A stretch of 64,000 nt of DNA from Microgenomates group bacterium GW2011_GWF2_46_18 (GCA_001002415.1 LCMB01000005.1:13621-77620); one strand, 5' to 3'. Counted from the stretch's first letter, positions 51,398 to 61,691 are shown. A program made the numbers and translations. Notes: generated by a model from the sequence alone, not told the origin.

Positions 51398-52475
51398 TTG
51401 GCATCACCACATACAATCCGTTTTTGTCCCCCTCTTCCCGAAACATTCCTGGGGAGAGTTTGTCTCCCAATCCAATCCAGATATTCTCTCCCGCTATTCC
51501 TGCCAGGTAATCCATCACGTACTTGGCATTAAACACTACTCCCACTTCCCCTCCTTCAATTTTGGCCGGAACCTCTACTCGGCACTCCCCCTTCTCCGGT
51601 GAACTCGAAGTTATCACAATTTTTGCCGCCCCCACTTCCCAACGCATCATGTTGGAATTCTCTCTGGCAAAAATATGAGTCATCCGTACCGCTGATAACA
51701 ATTCTTCTTTCCCTACTTTGACTTCGGTTGTAAACTCCTTGGGCAAAATCTTTTGGTAATCCGGGAAATTCCCTTCCAGTAATTGTGAGATTAACAAAGT
51801 ACTCCCCCCTCGAAACATTATTTGGTGAGTTTCGGGTAGTAGCCCAATCTCGATTTCTTCCTCCTTCATCATTCGGGGTAACTCCGCCAGAACTCTTGAA
51901 GGAACTAGTGCGATTTCACTCTCTCCTCCTTCCCCCATCTCTATATTTTCCACTGCCAAACGGAATCCGTCTGTTGCGACTAATTTAAGTTTCTTTCCCA
52001 GTTCCATTAGTACTCCCGTCAAAACCGGCCTGAGTGAATCCTTGGCACTCGCAAATACCACTCCGTTAATTGCCTCTTCTATTGCTTGATTGTTAATTTT
52101 TCCCTTCCTCCCCCCAAACTCTGGGAGTTTAGGGAACTCGGTTGGATCCATAGTCTGGAAGCTTGCTTCATACCCACCGGCCGTAATTATTAAACTTTTT
52201 TCTTTTAGCTCAACCGTTACTTTACCAGGGGGTAGCGTTCCCAAAAACTCCGCTAGCATCTTTCCTGGGACCGCTGTGGTAAACCCCTCTTCCACCTTCC
52301 CCATTACTTTTACCCTAATCCCAATCTCCAGATCTGTCCCCGACAAGCCGATCCCGCTCTTATCGGCTTCCATCAAGACATATGACAACACCGGCAACTG
52401 GACTCTCGCCGAAACCGCCCTAAGAACCGTCGTCAATCCTCCCAATAACTCTTCTTGCAAAATCTCGAGCTTCAT
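51387..52475 (-). CDS. dnaN: DNA polymerase III beta sliding clamp
   Basis: 362 aa with the three-domain clamp pattern (MKLEILQEELLGGLTTVLRAVS...). Lies directly downstream of dnaA. Confidence 0.9.
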   Translation of the reverse strand: MKLEILQEELLGGLTTVLRAVSARVQLPVLSYVLMEADKSGIGLSGTDLEIGIRVKVMGKVEEGFTTAVPGKMLAEFLGTLPPGKVTVELKEKSLIITAGGYEASFQTMDPTEFPKLPEFGGRKGKINNQAIEEAINGVVFASAKDSLRPVLTGVLMELGKKLKLVATDGFRLAVENIEMGEGGESEIALVPSRVLAELPRMMKEEEIEIGLLPETHQIMFRGGSTLLISQLLEGNFPDYQKILPKEFTTEVKVGKEELLSAVRMTHIFARENSNMMRWEVGAAKIVITSSSPEKGECRVEVPAKIEGGEVGVVFNAKYVMDYLAGIAGENIWIGLGDKLSPGMFREEGDKNGLYVVMPINV

Positions 52476-52722
52476 AATTTCCCTTTCTTCTTTACTTTCT
52501 ATTATGTACTATCGCTAACACTTAATAAATATAAGTAGTGTTATTAGTAGGGGCGGTGGATTTCTGGAAAACTCTCTGGTCACCCCCGTTGATAACTTTG
52601 TGTATAACCCTGGGGAAAACTTTTGTTTTCGGTGGATAACTTCTTTTTCTCCACTTTTCCCCCTATCTCTTCGCTTTTTTCCCTCCCTTTTCCCCTGAGT
52701 TTTCCACTTTTCTCGTGGATAA
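52476..52722. promoter_or_regulatory. oriC candidate: DnaA-box cluster plus AT-rich stretch in the dnaA-dnaN spacer
   Basis: One-mismatch matches to TGTGGATAA: TGTGTATAA 52599-52607, GGTGGATAA 52631-52639, CGTGGATAA 52714-52722. Weaker boxes at 52587, 52647 and 52700. AT-rich segment ~52521-52550 (cttaataaatataagtagtgttattagta). Confidence 0.65.
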
Positions 52723-54066
52723 CTAAAGGATGTGTTTAATATCCGCGATCGTCTTGGCCATCGCGGGGTCAGTTTTTAATTGATTGGCGATTTTTTCTAC
52801 CGCGTGCATCACCGTTGTGTGATCTCTCCCCCCAAATAGTCTCCCCACCTGCTCATATGGGACCCCCAAATCCACGTATAGTAGATACATCGCCGCATGT
52901 CTGGCGGCTGCCAGGGGGGCTTTTCTACTCTCCCCCGTTAGCTCTCCCACCCTAAAATCAAAGTACTGGGCTGTCTTAGCGATGACCCCGTTGGGCTTAA
53001 TCCGTTGGTTTCGTCGCTCATTCTCCGCCCCGAAAAACTCTCTTACCAAATCTCCCGAAATCTCCTCTCCCTGTTGGCTCGCCCTTGCCAAAATCCCCTG
53101 TAATGCCCCCTCCAGCTCTCGGATGTTACTGGCCGCCTTCTCTGCCATCAAGGCAATTGTTTCCGGCGGCACACTGATCCCCAATAACTCACATTTTTTT
53201 GTCAAAATTGCCACTCTCGTTTCAAAATCCGGCGCCTGTACATCGACCATTAATCCTCCCATAAAGCGTGAAGACAATCGCTCTTCCAATTTGGCAATTT
53301 CCTGAGGCGGCCGGTCAGACGTCAAAATGACTTGTCGTTGAGACATATACAGCTCGTTAAAGGTATGGAAAAACTCTTCCTGAATATATTCCTTCCCCGC
53401 AATAAACTGAATATCATCTACCAAAAGCACGTTTGGAGCTCGGTATTTTTTCTTAAACTGGGCCGTCTTTTTGTTTTGCAAACTGGCAATCAAATCACTC
53501 CCAAACGTTTCTGCCGAGAGATACATAATGTCCCAATCGGGGTGGTCTAAATAGATTGCATGCCCAACCGCGTGCATCAAATGAGTTTTCCCCAGCCCTA
53601 CCCCTCCGTAGATAAACAGTGGGTTATACCGTAGCCCTGGCGATTTTGCTGCTCCTTGGGCCGCCGCATATGCAAAATTATTCGACGTCCCAACCACATA
53701 AGTTTCGAATGTTAACCTGGGGTTTAAATTATGTTTTCCGCTCCCCTTTGGCATTTCTCTTTCTGTTCTAAATAACGGGAGAACTTGCTCCGGCTCAGCT
53801 TTAGCATCTTTCCCAATCACATAGGCCAACTCCGTTTCTCCCCCGGTCACCCTCTTTATCGCTCTACCAATCATTCCTCCGTAACGCTGGACCATCATCT
53901 GCTCATGGTATGTCGAGGGACAAAGGATACTTGCCCGCTGTTTATTCTCCCCAGTTTTCTCGATTGATAATAAAATCAACGGCTTGATTAATGTTGAAAA
54001 ATACGTTCCCGATACCGACAGCTGTAGCTCGGCCAAGACTGCTTTCCAAATCGTGTTTATTTCCAT
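52723..54066 (-). CDS. dnaA: chromosomal replication initiator DnaA
   Basis: Walker A GGVGLGKTHL, VDDIQF, and the C-terminal DNA-binding domain (HTTVMHA). Start set at MEINTIWK (54066) because consensus DnaA boxes occupy the upstream extension of the track ORF. Confidence 0.9.
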   Translation of the reverse strand: MEINTIWKAVLAELQLSVSGTYFSTLIKPLILLSIEKTGENKQRASILCPSTYHEQMMVQRYGGMIGRAIKRVTGGETELAYVIGKDAKAEPEQVLPLFRTEREMPKGSGKHNLNPRLTFETYVVGTSNNFAYAAAQGAAKSPGLRYNPLFIYGGVGLGKTHLMHAVGHAIYLDHPDWDIMYLSAETFGSDLIASLQNKKTAQFKKKYRAPNVLLVDDIQFIAGKEYIQEEFFHTFNELYMSQRQVILTSDRPPQEIAKLEERLSSRFMGGLMVDVQAPDFETRVAILTKKCELLGISVPPETIALMAEKAASNIRELEGALQGILARASQQGEEISGDLVREFFGAENERRNQRIKPNGVIAKTAQYFDFRVGELTGESRKAPLAAARHAAMYLLYVDLGVPYEQVGRLFGGRDHTTVMHAVEKIANQLKTDPAMAKTIADIKHIL

Positions 54067-54078
54067 ATCTAATACGAT

Positions 54079-54097
54079 TATCCCCATTTTATCCACA
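54079..54097 (+). promoter_or_regulatory. tandem DnaA boxes upstream of dnaA
   Basis: TTATCCCCA at 54079-54087 is followed by a perfect TTATCCACA at 54089-54097. Confidence 0.7.
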
Positions 54098-54165
54098 TTC
54101 AACAATATATCGTTTCTATCTCCCACCGTGACAAATCCCCTCTCCTCGTGCTAAAATCTCCTTCT

Positions 54166-54300
54166 ATGAAGCGCACCTATCAACCCAAAAAGAAAAAACG
54201 CGTCCGCGTTCATGGTTTTCGCTCACGGATGAGCACCCACAAGGGGCGCCTCGTTCTCAAACGCCGCCGCGAAAGTGGCCGCGCCAAACTTACCGTCTAA
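54166..54300 (+). CDS. rpmH: 50S ribosomal protein L34
   Basis: Own translation: [44 protein letters not shown] (44 aa, below the track cutoff). TGcTAAAAT at 54149-54157. Confidence 0.95.
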   Translation: MKRTYQPKKKKRVRVHGFRSRMSTHKGRLVLKRRRESGRAKLTV

Positions 54301-54630
54301 ATGATTCCTCAATTCTCTAAATTTCCCCTCCGCACCGACTTTGTTCGTTTTCGTACAGTTGCCAAGAAAATTCTCACTCCCCACACTATCGTCTATTATC
54401 TAAAATCTGGGATCTCCACGCGCTTGAGCGTGGTTGTCCCCAAAAAACTTAGTCCCAAGGCGGTAACTCGTAACTGGCTCAAGCGCTTGACCTATGACAC
54501 TCTCTGGCCCCTGATCCAAGATAAAAATTTTGACTGTGTCATTGTCTATAAACCCCTGCCGCTGTCAAAAACTCCCGCCACGCAAAAGGAATTAATCAAT
54601 GAACTCACCCAAGCTATTAGCAATCTCTAA
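54301..54630 (+). CDS. rnpA: ribonuclease P protein component
   Basis: 109-aa basic protein starting immediately after the rpmH stop. Canonical rpmH-rnpA-yidD-yidC order. Confidence 0.8.
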   Translation: MIPQFSKFPLRTDFVRFRTVAKKILTPHTIVYYLKSGISTRLSVVVPKKLSPKAVTRNWLKRLTYDTLWPLIQDKNFDCVIVYKPLPLSKTPATQKELINELTQAISNL

Positions 54631-54808
54631 AATTATCGCTCTTAATTTGGGGCTTTCCGCTGGCCGCTGTCGCTACACCCCCACTTGTTCTCGCTACGCT
54701 CGCGAAGCCTTAAGTCGTTATGGTTTACTCAAGGGAGCTTGGTTATCTGGGAAAAGACTGCTAAAATGTCACCCATGGAGCCAGGGTGGTTACGACCCAC
54801 TACAATAA
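54599..54808 (+). CDS. yidD: membrane protein insertion efficiency factor YidD
   Basis: [15 protein letters not shown]...[16 protein letters not shown], the YidD signature. Confidence 0.9.
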   Translation: MNSPKLLAISKIIALNLGLSAGRCRYTPTCSRYAREALSRYGLLKGAWLSGKRLLKCHPWSQGGYDPLQ

Positions 54809-54846
54809 ATTGATTATTGCTTATTGATTATTGGTTATTATTTTGT

Positions 54847-55581
54847 ATGTATCAACAATTTATCTACCAACCCATTCTCCAAACCCTCTTGTGGTTCTAC
54901 CAAGTGACCGGTCACAACCTGGGGATTGCCATCATTTTGTTGACCCTTTTAGTCCGCGGCGTGCTTATCCCCTTTACTCTCCCCCAGCTCAAATCCGCCA
55001 AAAAAATGGCTTCTTTAAAACCCGAACTTGACGCCCTTAAGAAAAAACATGGATCAGACCCCAAGCTTTTTCAACAAAAACAACTCGAATTTTATAAAGC
55101 TCATGGCGTCAACCCCGCTGCCGGCTGTCTCCCTTTTATTGCTCAATTTGTGGTTTTGATTGCTCTTTATCAAGTTTTTATGCATACCCTGGGCGGTAAC
55201 GGGATGGGAGATATCAACTCTACCTTCCTCCTTTGGGATCTCAAAAACAAAGACACGACCTACATTCTTCCGATTTTGGCCGGCCTCCTCCAGTTGGTTA
55301 CTTCCATGGCCCTCCTTCCCGCCATTGAAAACCAACCCGAAAAAAGGCCCGGCACCAAAGAACAGAAACAAGATGTTGCCGAGATGGCAACCTCCATGCA
55401 ACAACAAATGGTTTTTATGATGCCCATCATGACCGTCATCTTCTCCCTTCAATTCCCCTCCGGATTGGCTCTTTATTGGGTTATCACCACTGCTTTTTCA
55501 CTCACCCAGCAACTCGTTGTCTCCGGGCCTGGTGGCTTACTCGTCTATCTTAAAAAGATTCGTAAATTAATTAATAAATAA
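54847..55581 (+). CDS. yidC: membrane insertase YidC (short Gram-positive type)
   Basis: GIAIILLTLLVRGVLIPFTLPQLKS...NPAAGCLPFIAQFVVLIALY...PSGLALYWVITT. Start taken at the ATG (MYQQF) rather than the TTG at 54817. Confidence 0.9.
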   Translation: MYQQFIYQPILQTLLWFYQVTGHNLGIAIILLTLLVRGVLIPFTLPQLKSAKKMASLKPELDALKKKHGSDPKLFQQKQLEFYKAHGVNPAAGCLPFIAQFVVLIALYQVFMHTLGGNGMGDINSTFLLWDLKNKDTTYILPILAGLLQLVTSMALLPAIENQPEKRPGTKEQKQDVAEMATSMQQQMVFMMPIMTVIFSLQFPSGLALYWVITTAFSLTQQLVVSGPGGLLVYLKKIRKLINK

Positions 55582-55589
55582 GGACTCTC

Positions 55590-56039
55590 ATGGACAGTCA
55601 TCAAGATCTTATTCACCAATTCTTTTATCATTTTGGCCTCACCCCCGATCAAATTCAGATCGACGCGGAGTCCGACTCTCTGACCATCACTCTTCTGGTC
55701 GACCAAACCGAGACCGGTCGCTATATTGGCCGCTTTGCCACCACCCTCGACTCTCTCCAACTTCTAATTTCCCTGATGATTAATCACGATCAACCGACCC
55801 ATCTTAACGTGACCGTCGATGTCGGCGGTTATCGTCAGGAAAGACTTGCCGTTCTTCAAGATATGGCTTCCCGTATCGAAGCCGAAGTTACCGCGAGCAC
55901 TTCTCCCCGCGCCTTCCCTCCCCTCTCCGCCTCTGATCGTCGCGCCATCCACTTGCTTTATCAAGATCATGCCACGCTCACCACATACTCAGAAGGAGAA
56001 GGTCAATCTCGCCGCCTCATCTTGGCTCCCAAGTCTTAG
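55590..56039 (+). CDS. jag: Jag/SpoIIIJ-associated RNA-binding protein (KH + R3H)
   Basis: C-terminal R3H-like LSASDRRAIHLLYQDHATLTTYSEGEGQSRRLIL. Conserved position after yidC. Confidence 0.8.
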   Translation: MDSHQDLIHQFFYHFGLTPDQIQIDAESDSLTITLLVDQTETGRYIGRFATTLDSLQLLISLMINHDQPTHLNVTVDVGGYRQERLAVLQDMASRIEAEVTASTSPRAFPPLSASDRRAIHLLYQDHATLTTYSEGEGQSRRLILAPKS

Positions 56040-57177
56040 TCGTTGGCTTCTCTACCTGATTTTTTTCTTTGCTCCCACCCAGCTGGGTTTGCATTTTTGG
56101 CCGGACTCAGCCTTGATCTATGGCATCCGTGTTGATTATCTCTCCCCCACCCTCTACTTCCTCGACCTCCTCATTGTTTTTTATCTGTTAGTTCAAAAAA
56201 TTTCTCATCTCCCTCTCAAATCTAGTGGCTGGTATCTAAAGTCTCTCCTCCCCTTCCTTCTCGTCAATCTGCTTTTTTCCACCAATCCTCTTTCCACCCT
56301 CTCCTGGTCTCTCCACTTTTCCCTCTATTTTCTTTTTCTCTTTTCTCTTTCCTTCCCCCTGATTCGCCGTCTCGCCCCTATTCTTCTTCTCTCTCTCATT
56401 ACCCAACTGGCTCTCGCGCTCATCCAAGTCGCCCTCGGTCACTCGCTCCAAGGACTGCTGTACTACCTTGGCGAACGAATGGTCTCTGTAGGTTCTCCTA
56501 ACATCGCTCAAGCCGTGTTTATGGATCGTGTCGTCCTTCGCGCCTACGGCACCTTTTCTCACCCAAATATCCTCGCTGGCTGGCTCGTCATCTCTTTACT
56601 GATTCTTCGCCGGTTAAACCCTCGTCGTTTTGTCCTCGCTATCTCCGGCGCCCTCACAATTCTGGGAGTGTTCTTAACCCAAAGTCGCTCTTCCGCTCTC
56701 GCCCTCTTTGGCATCATCATCCCTTTTTATTTTCTTCGTTCTCTTCGCTCCCGCCTCTTGTATTTTGCTTTTTTCCTAGTTCTTAGTTCCTATTTCCTAT
56801 TTCCTATTTTCATTTCTCGTTCCGATCTCTCCCTTACAGAGCGCCTAGATCTCCAGGATGTCTCCCTCCAGGTCATCCGGCAATTCCCGCTCTTTGGAAC
56901 CGGCGCCCAGGCTAGTATCTCGACTTACCCCGTTGTCTCTCCCTCCCTTCGTCTTCTTCAGCCCGACCACAACAGCTTTACTCTCTTCCTGAGTTGGTTC
57001 GGCCTAGTTGGTGTTTTTTCTCTTTTATCGTTTCTAACGTCTAACATCTATCATCTATTTCCTATTTTACCTCTTCTTCTTCTTGACCACTATCTTCTTA
57101 CTTCTCCCCAGGGCCTCTTTATTCTTTTATTCTATCTTGCGCTACACTACTTCTATGTTCAGAACCATCGCCAGTAA
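55969..57177 (+). CDS. O-antigen ligase/polymerase-like (Wzy_C) polytopic membrane protein
   Basis: Ten or more TM helices. GTFSHPNILAGWLV and LTQSRSSALALFG resemble Wzy_C/O-antigen ligase loops. The start is uncertain; ATG 55969 overlaps jag. Confidence 0.65.
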   Translation: MPRSPHTQKEKVNLAASSWLPSLSRWLLYLIFFFAPTQLGLHFWPDSALIYGIRVDYLSPTLYFLDLLIVFYLLVQKISHLPLKSSGWYLKSLLPFLLVNLLFSTNPLSTLSWSLHFSLYFLFLFSLSFPLIRRLAPILLLSLITQLALALIQVALGHSLQGLLYYLGERMVSVGSPNIAQAVFMDRVVLRAYGTFSHPNILAGWLVISLLILRRLNPRRFVLAISGALTILGVFLTQSRSSALALFGIIIPFYFLRSLRSRLLYFAFFLVLSSYFLFPIFISRSDLSLTERLDLQDVSLQVIRQFPLFGTGAQASISTYPVVSPSLRLLQPDHNSFTLFLSWFGLVGVFSLLSFLTSNIYHLFPILPLLLLDHYLLTSPQGLFILLFYLALHYFYVQNHRQ

Positions 57178-58348
57178 TACTACTGCCCAACTTCTCACCA
57201 AATTTTTTGGTGCCGGTCTCACTCTGCTCACCACCTATTTTACGATTCGCCTAGCCGGGCTCGAACTCTACGGCGACCTCACCAAAATTCTCGTTCTCGT
57301 TGCCGTTGGTTTTACCATTATCGATTTTGGCCTCAACGCCGAAGCCGTTCGCTCCTCTTTGACCCCAACCGAGCTTCTCTCTCATCTCCAGACCGTCTTT
57401 CTTTCCCGCCTTTTCCTTTCTTTCTTGGCAATTATCTCCCTCAATCTCGTTATTGCCTTTCTCCCCGGCGGTTACTCTCCGGCCGTAAAATCGGTTTTTT
57501 GGCTAGGGAGCCTTGCCATTATTTTTCAAGGCGTCTATACCTCCGGCAATGCCTATTTTCAAGCCAGGCTTTTGCTCTGGCGCTCAGCTCTTTCGGTGAT
57601 TGTGGGTTCTCTTTTTGGTGCCCTTCTCACTTTTTATTACTTAAAATACTCTCCCACTCTCCCTCATTTGGTTCTCGCCAATACTCTTGGTTATCTTGTC
57701 ATGGCAATCTGTTCTATTCTCCTTCTCCCCTCACTAACATCTAAAGGCTGGCGTCTAACTTCTATATTTCCTTTCCTTCGCCGCTCTCTCACTCTCGGCT
57801 TGATTCTAATTGCCAGTGTCCTCGCCAGCAAAATTGACACAATTATCCTCGGAGTTTTTCGCTCTTCTTATGAGGTCGGCGAATACGGACTGTCTTATCG
57901 AATCTTTGATGTTTTCCTGGTCCTTCCCGTCTTCGTAATGAATGCTGTCTATCCTTTCTTAGTCAAAGCCAAAACCAAGGGATCATCCTCGGCTTTGATT
58001 AGCCAAACTACCAAAAGCATGGTTGTTCTGGGTGTCGGCGCTGCTATTTTTCTCTATCTTGCCGCCCCCTTTGTCGGCTATCTAAAGCCTGGGCTTATTC
58101 TTGCCCCTCACGTTTTACGCCTCTTATCCCTTTCTCTCCCACTTTTCTATGTGACTGCTCCCTTGATGTGGGGGCTCATCGCTCTTCGTCGCGACAAACA
58201 GGTCCTCCAAATCTACCTTGCCGCTGCCATTCTCAATGGTTTTCTAAATCTTATCTTTATTCCCCTCTTTGGCCCTTTGGCCGCCGCCATAATTACCGGC
58301 CTCACAGAGTTATTTATTCTCCTGTCTCTGTTATACTTCTCTCGATGA
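57155..58348 (+). CDS. polysaccharide biosynthesis protein / MOP-family flippase (Wzx-like)
   Basis: Start at MFRTIASNTTAQLLTKFFGAG. About 12 TM helices. Confidence 0.7.
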   Translation: MFRTIASNTTAQLLTKFFGAGLTLLTTYFTIRLAGLELYGDLTKILVLVAVGFTIIDFGLNAEAVRSSLTPTELLSHLQTVFLSRLFLSFLAIISLNLVIAFLPGGYSPAVKSVFWLGSLAIIFQGVYTSGNAYFQARLLLWRSALSVIVGSLFGALLTFYYLKYSPTLPHLVLANTLGYLVMAICSILLLPSLTSKGWRLTSIFPFLRRSLTLGLILIASVLASKIDTIILGVFRSSYEVGEYGLSYRIFDVFLVLPVFVMNAVYPFLVKAKTKGSSSALISQTTKSMVVLGVGAAIFLYLAAPFVGYLKPGLILAPHVLRLLSLSLPLFYVTAPLMWGLIALRRDKQVLQIYLAAAILNGFLNLIFIPLFGPLAAAIITGLTELFILLSLLYFSR

Positions 58349-58752
58349 CTCAACTACTTCTCCAGACAGATGGTGGTTCCCGTGGCAACCCAGGGCCCGC
58401 CGCCTATGGTTTTGTCGTCAAAGACTCTGCGGGGAATCTTCTGGAAAAATGCGGTAATTATCTTGGGTTAGCAACTAACAACCAGGCTGAATATGCTGGC
58501 CTGCTCGCTGGTCTCCACTGGGTGATCGATCATTATCCCACCTCCGCTCTCACCATCCAAATGGATTCTCTTTTAATTGTTAACCAACTTAAGGGCCTTT
58601 TCAAAGTCAAACATCCCGATCTTATCCCCAAATATCAAGAGGCGAGGGGACTTCTTAGCCAATTATCCTCTTGGTCTATTCACCACATCCCTCGTAGCCA
58701 AAATGCCCTCGCCGATTCTCTGCTTAACACCGTGCTCGATTCTCAGTCGTAA
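58345..58752 (+). CDS. rnhA: ribonuclease HI-family protein
   Basis: Start at MTQLLLQTDGGSRGNPGPAAYGFVV...NNQAEYAGLLAGL...IPRSQNALADSL. ATGA overlap with the flippase stop. Confidence 0.85.
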   Translation: MTQLLLQTDGGSRGNPGPAAYGFVVKDSAGNLLEKCGNYLGLATNNQAEYAGLLAGLHWVIDHYPTSALTIQMDSLLIVNQLKGLFKVKHPDLIPKYQEARGLLSQLSSWSIHHIPRSQNALADSLLNTVLDSQS

Positions 58753-58964
58753 CAATTTTCCTTCAAAGTTATAGGTCCAAAATATTCTTGATATTGATGA
58801 TGCGTGAAATTGATAGTGCCAGAACCAAAAAACGTGGAAAAAACGTATACACATAAAATAGGGGAGAATTAACCACCAAAACCCAAGAACAAAAGCGACT
58901 AAAAAAGAGTAAATACGCAAACTATTATTCTCACTGGTTTAGTATAGGATAGAAAAGTCAGTGG

Positions 58965-61691
58965 GTGTACCGTGCTCTTCGTACCATGTACAATTACCGT
59001 ATGCCCAATCCTGTTTACTCTGTCGAAACTCGTTCCTCTGGTTGTCTGCTGGTTGCCCATCCTTCCCCCCTCGTTGACGCCGTCGCCAAAATTCTTACCC
59101 AGCACTCTCTTTCTCCTCTAGTTATCTCCCCTCATCCTGGTCATAATTCTGCCGAACTCAAAACCTATCTTTCCACCTACGATTTAGATTATTTGTTAAT
59201 TTTTTCCCCTCCTTCTGCCTCCTTCTTTGCCCAGCTACCAGGGGAGGGGAGTTATACAACACTTTCGCTAAATCACGCTGTTTCCTCAGCTCCCCGTCAA
59301 TTAGTCTTGGGTGAATATCTCTCACCTGGTAATTGCCCAACCCTCGATGATTTTCTTCAAGAAGCACTTGAGCAGGGGAGTATTACCCTTCCCGAAGGAG
59401 GACTGCTTGATTATGGTTTGTTGACGATAACCTCACTCGCCCAAGCTATTTGTCAATCTTTGCTCGCTCCTCGCTTTCCCTCCTCCGAATTAATCTTGAC
59501 CAACCCTTCTCCCACCTCTCTTCTCTCACTTGCCCAATCACTCTTACCTCTTCTCCCTCGTCCCGCCAAGATAATTTTTGCCGAAAAAAATCTCTCTCTT
59601 CCGACCCATGATTATCCTAGCCTTATCAAAACCTATTCCACTTTAAACTTAGCTCTGGAGCCAGATATTTCTTCTGCTCTATCCTCTTACGTCAAACAAT
59701 TTACTCACGCTAAACCCGCTTCCTCTCCCTCCATTCCCCCTCAACCATCCGCCTCGCTCCCCCCTTCGCCGGTTCTCCCCAAACCAATAACCCCTCGTCC
59801 CACTCTCTCCAATCTGGAATTTGTTCCAGTTGCCGCTTCTCTGATTCCTCGCGCCCGCCGCCTTTCCCTCCCTTCTCATCGCAAAATTATTCTCCGCGGT
59901 ATTATTATCGCTTTAGCTCTATATCTTGGTACGTTTGCTTTTACCCTGACTATGGTAGGCCTTCATCTCCGCACCATCTCCTCGTCTTTTGCTTCCGGCT
60001 CTTTGCCTTCCTTGACTGTTTCCCCCCTGGTTTCTGCTTCTGCGACTTATCTCGAAGCCAACTTAGTAACCCTCGGCCTTTTGCCTCCTTTTAGCCAGAT
60101 CTCCTCCTACCAAGATCTCCTTACCCTAACTTCTGCCTACACCCATTCCTTAACGGTTCTCAAATCTGCCTCAACTCTAACCGACTCCGCCACCTCTCTC
60201 GCCAATTATATTTTAGGTTCAGACAATGGTGACCCAGTTGCTCTTATTAGTTCCACTCGTCTCCAATCCGAAACCCTCTATCAACAACTCGCTCTTCTTG
60301 ATGGAATGTTGCCTCCAGATCCACCCCCCCTCTTAACTTCTCGTCAAGAGTCCTACCAATCTCTCAAATCCGGCCTTTTTACGGCCAAAAAAGCCCTTCT
60401 AACTACCAAGGCAGCTCTAGCCTCCCTCCCCGAACTGATTGCCCTCGGCAAACGCGCCAAGTACCTGGTTTTATTCCAAAACAACATGGAACTTCGTGCG
60501 ACCGGTGGTTTCATCGGCAGTTTTGCCATCCTCTCTTTCGAAAACGGACGCCTCTACGATTTTCCCATCTACGATGTTTACCAGGCCGATGGTCAACTTA
60601 AAGGTCACGTTGAACCTCCTCTTCCCATCAAAAATATTCTCGGCGAAGCCAACTGGTATTTACGTGACAGCAACTTTGATCCCGACTTCCCAACTAGTGC
60701 CAGGCGCGCTGAGTGGTTTTTGAATAAAACCCTCAACCAAGAAGTTGCCGGGACTATTGGCTTAACTCTTGATGCCATGCGCTCTCTCCTTCAATTAACC
60801 GGGCCACTCAAACTTGCTGATTATCAAGAAACAATCGGGGAGGGGAATGTCTACGAACGCGCCCAATATCATGCCGAAGTCAATTTTTTCCCCGGTAGCA
60901 CCGCCAAAAAAGAATTTTTAAGCAGTGTCGGGGATGCCATTTTTACCGCTCTTCGTGAACCCGCTCGCGTTAACTCTCTGCAACTTCTAAGTACTCTCTC
61001 TATCCTCCTCGAATCCAAAAATCTTCAGCTTTCCCTCTCTTTGCCCGAGCTCGACCGAGTCTGGCAAACTCTCAATTGGAATGGCGCTATCCAACCTGCT
61101 TCCTGCCCATCAGATGTTTCCTGTGTCAGTGATTACGCTTTTTTGGTAGATAGTAACTTTGGAGTCAACAAAAGCAATTATTACCTCTCACGGCAGCTCT
61201 TCCTCGATATTGAAATCACCAAGGAGCAAACGATCAACCACACTTTCCGTGCCGTTTATCAAAATACCGCCACTTCCACCGCTTGGCCGGCCGGCATCTA
61301 CAAAAACTATCTTCGGCTCTATTTGCCGAAAGGTGCCCAGATTTATACTGTCACCCTGGGTGACAAAACCTACACCAGCAAAGATTATACTGTTACCCAA
61401 GAACACGGCAAGCTCGTCCTAGGTCTTTTGGCCGCAATTCCCGTTAATTCTAGTCTCACCTTCACTGCTACCTATACTACTCCCGGCCACCCCGAGTCAA
61501 ACTCTCTTTATACGTGGTACTGGCAAAAGCAGGCGGGTACTCCCGTTACCGAACCCCTTGCTGTTACCCTCAACTATCCTCTCTATCTCAAGCCAACAAC
61601 CCTCTCTCCCGCTCCCGCCAGTAACGAGGCCCAACAACTTCAATTTAATCTTTTCAATGACTCCGATCATCGGCTCAGCATCAAATTTTAA
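58965..61691 (+). CDS. DUF4012-domain envelope protein (908 aa)
   Basis: Central TM RGIIIALALYLGTFAFTLTMVGL, then LFQNNMELRATGGFIGSFAILSFENGRL...YQADGQLKGHVEPP, which I recall as typical of DUF4012. The start is ambiguous (GTG 58965 or ATG 58986). Confidence 0.65.
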   Translation: MYRALRTMYNYRMPNPVYSVETRSSGCLLVAHPSPLVDAVAKILTQHSLSPLVISPHPGHNSAELKTYLSTYDLDYLLIFSPPSASFFAQLPGEGSYTTLSLNHAVSSAPRQLVLGEYLSPGNCPTLDDFLQEALEQGSITLPEGGLLDYGLLTITSLAQAICQSLLAPRFPSSELILTNPSPTSLLSLAQSLLPLLPRPAKIIFAEKNLSLPTHDYPSLIKTYSTLNLALEPDISSALSSYVKQFTHAKPASSPSIPPQPSASLPPSPVLPKPITPRPTLSNLEFVPVAASLIPRARRLSLPSHRKIILRGIIIALALYLGTFAFTLTMVGLHLRTISSSFASGSLPSLTVSPLVSASATYLEANLVTLGLLPPFSQISSYQDLLTLTSAYTHSLTVLKSASTLTDSATSLANYILGSDNGDPVALISSTRLQSETLYQQLALLDGMLPPDPPPLLTSRQESYQSLKSGLFTAKKALLTTKAALASLPELIALGKRAKYLVLFQNNMELRATGGFIGSFAILSFENGRLYDFPIYDVYQADGQLKGHVEPPLPIKNILGEANWYLRDSNFDPDFPTSARRAEWFLNKTLNQEVAGTIGLTLDAMRSLLQLTGPLKLADYQETIGEGNVYERAQYHAEVNFFPGSTAKKEFLSSVGDAIFTALREPARVNSLQLLSTLSILLESKNLQLSLSLPELDRVWQTLNWNGAIQPASCPSDVSCVSDYAFLVDSNFGVNKSNYYLSRQLFLDIEITKEQTINHTFRAVYQNTATSTAWPAGIYKNYLRLYLPKGAQIYTVTLGDKTYTSKDYTVTQEHGKLVLGLLAAIPVNSSLTFTATYTTPGHPESNSLYTWYWQKQAGTPVTEPLAVTLNYPLYLKPTTLSPAPASNEAQQLQFNLFNDSDHRLSIKF

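Noticed and set aside
54806-54845. TTGATTATTG-type low-complexity repeat (aaattgattattgcttattgattattggttatt), also seen at 62664-62693
   Set aside because: Only ~13 nt are shared. The sequence is AT-rich and simple. The second site lies inside a coding region (NNQTPIINNQ), so the match is most likely a compositional coincidence.
58753-58964. A 212-nt purine-rich spacer after rnhA, and the minus-strand ORF 58663-58920 (85 aa, aromatic-rich)
   Set aside because: The ORF overlaps 90 nt of rnhA and has no motif. I could not fold a convincing RNA by eye. It is left unannotated, and a small membrane peptide or ncRNA cannot be excluded.
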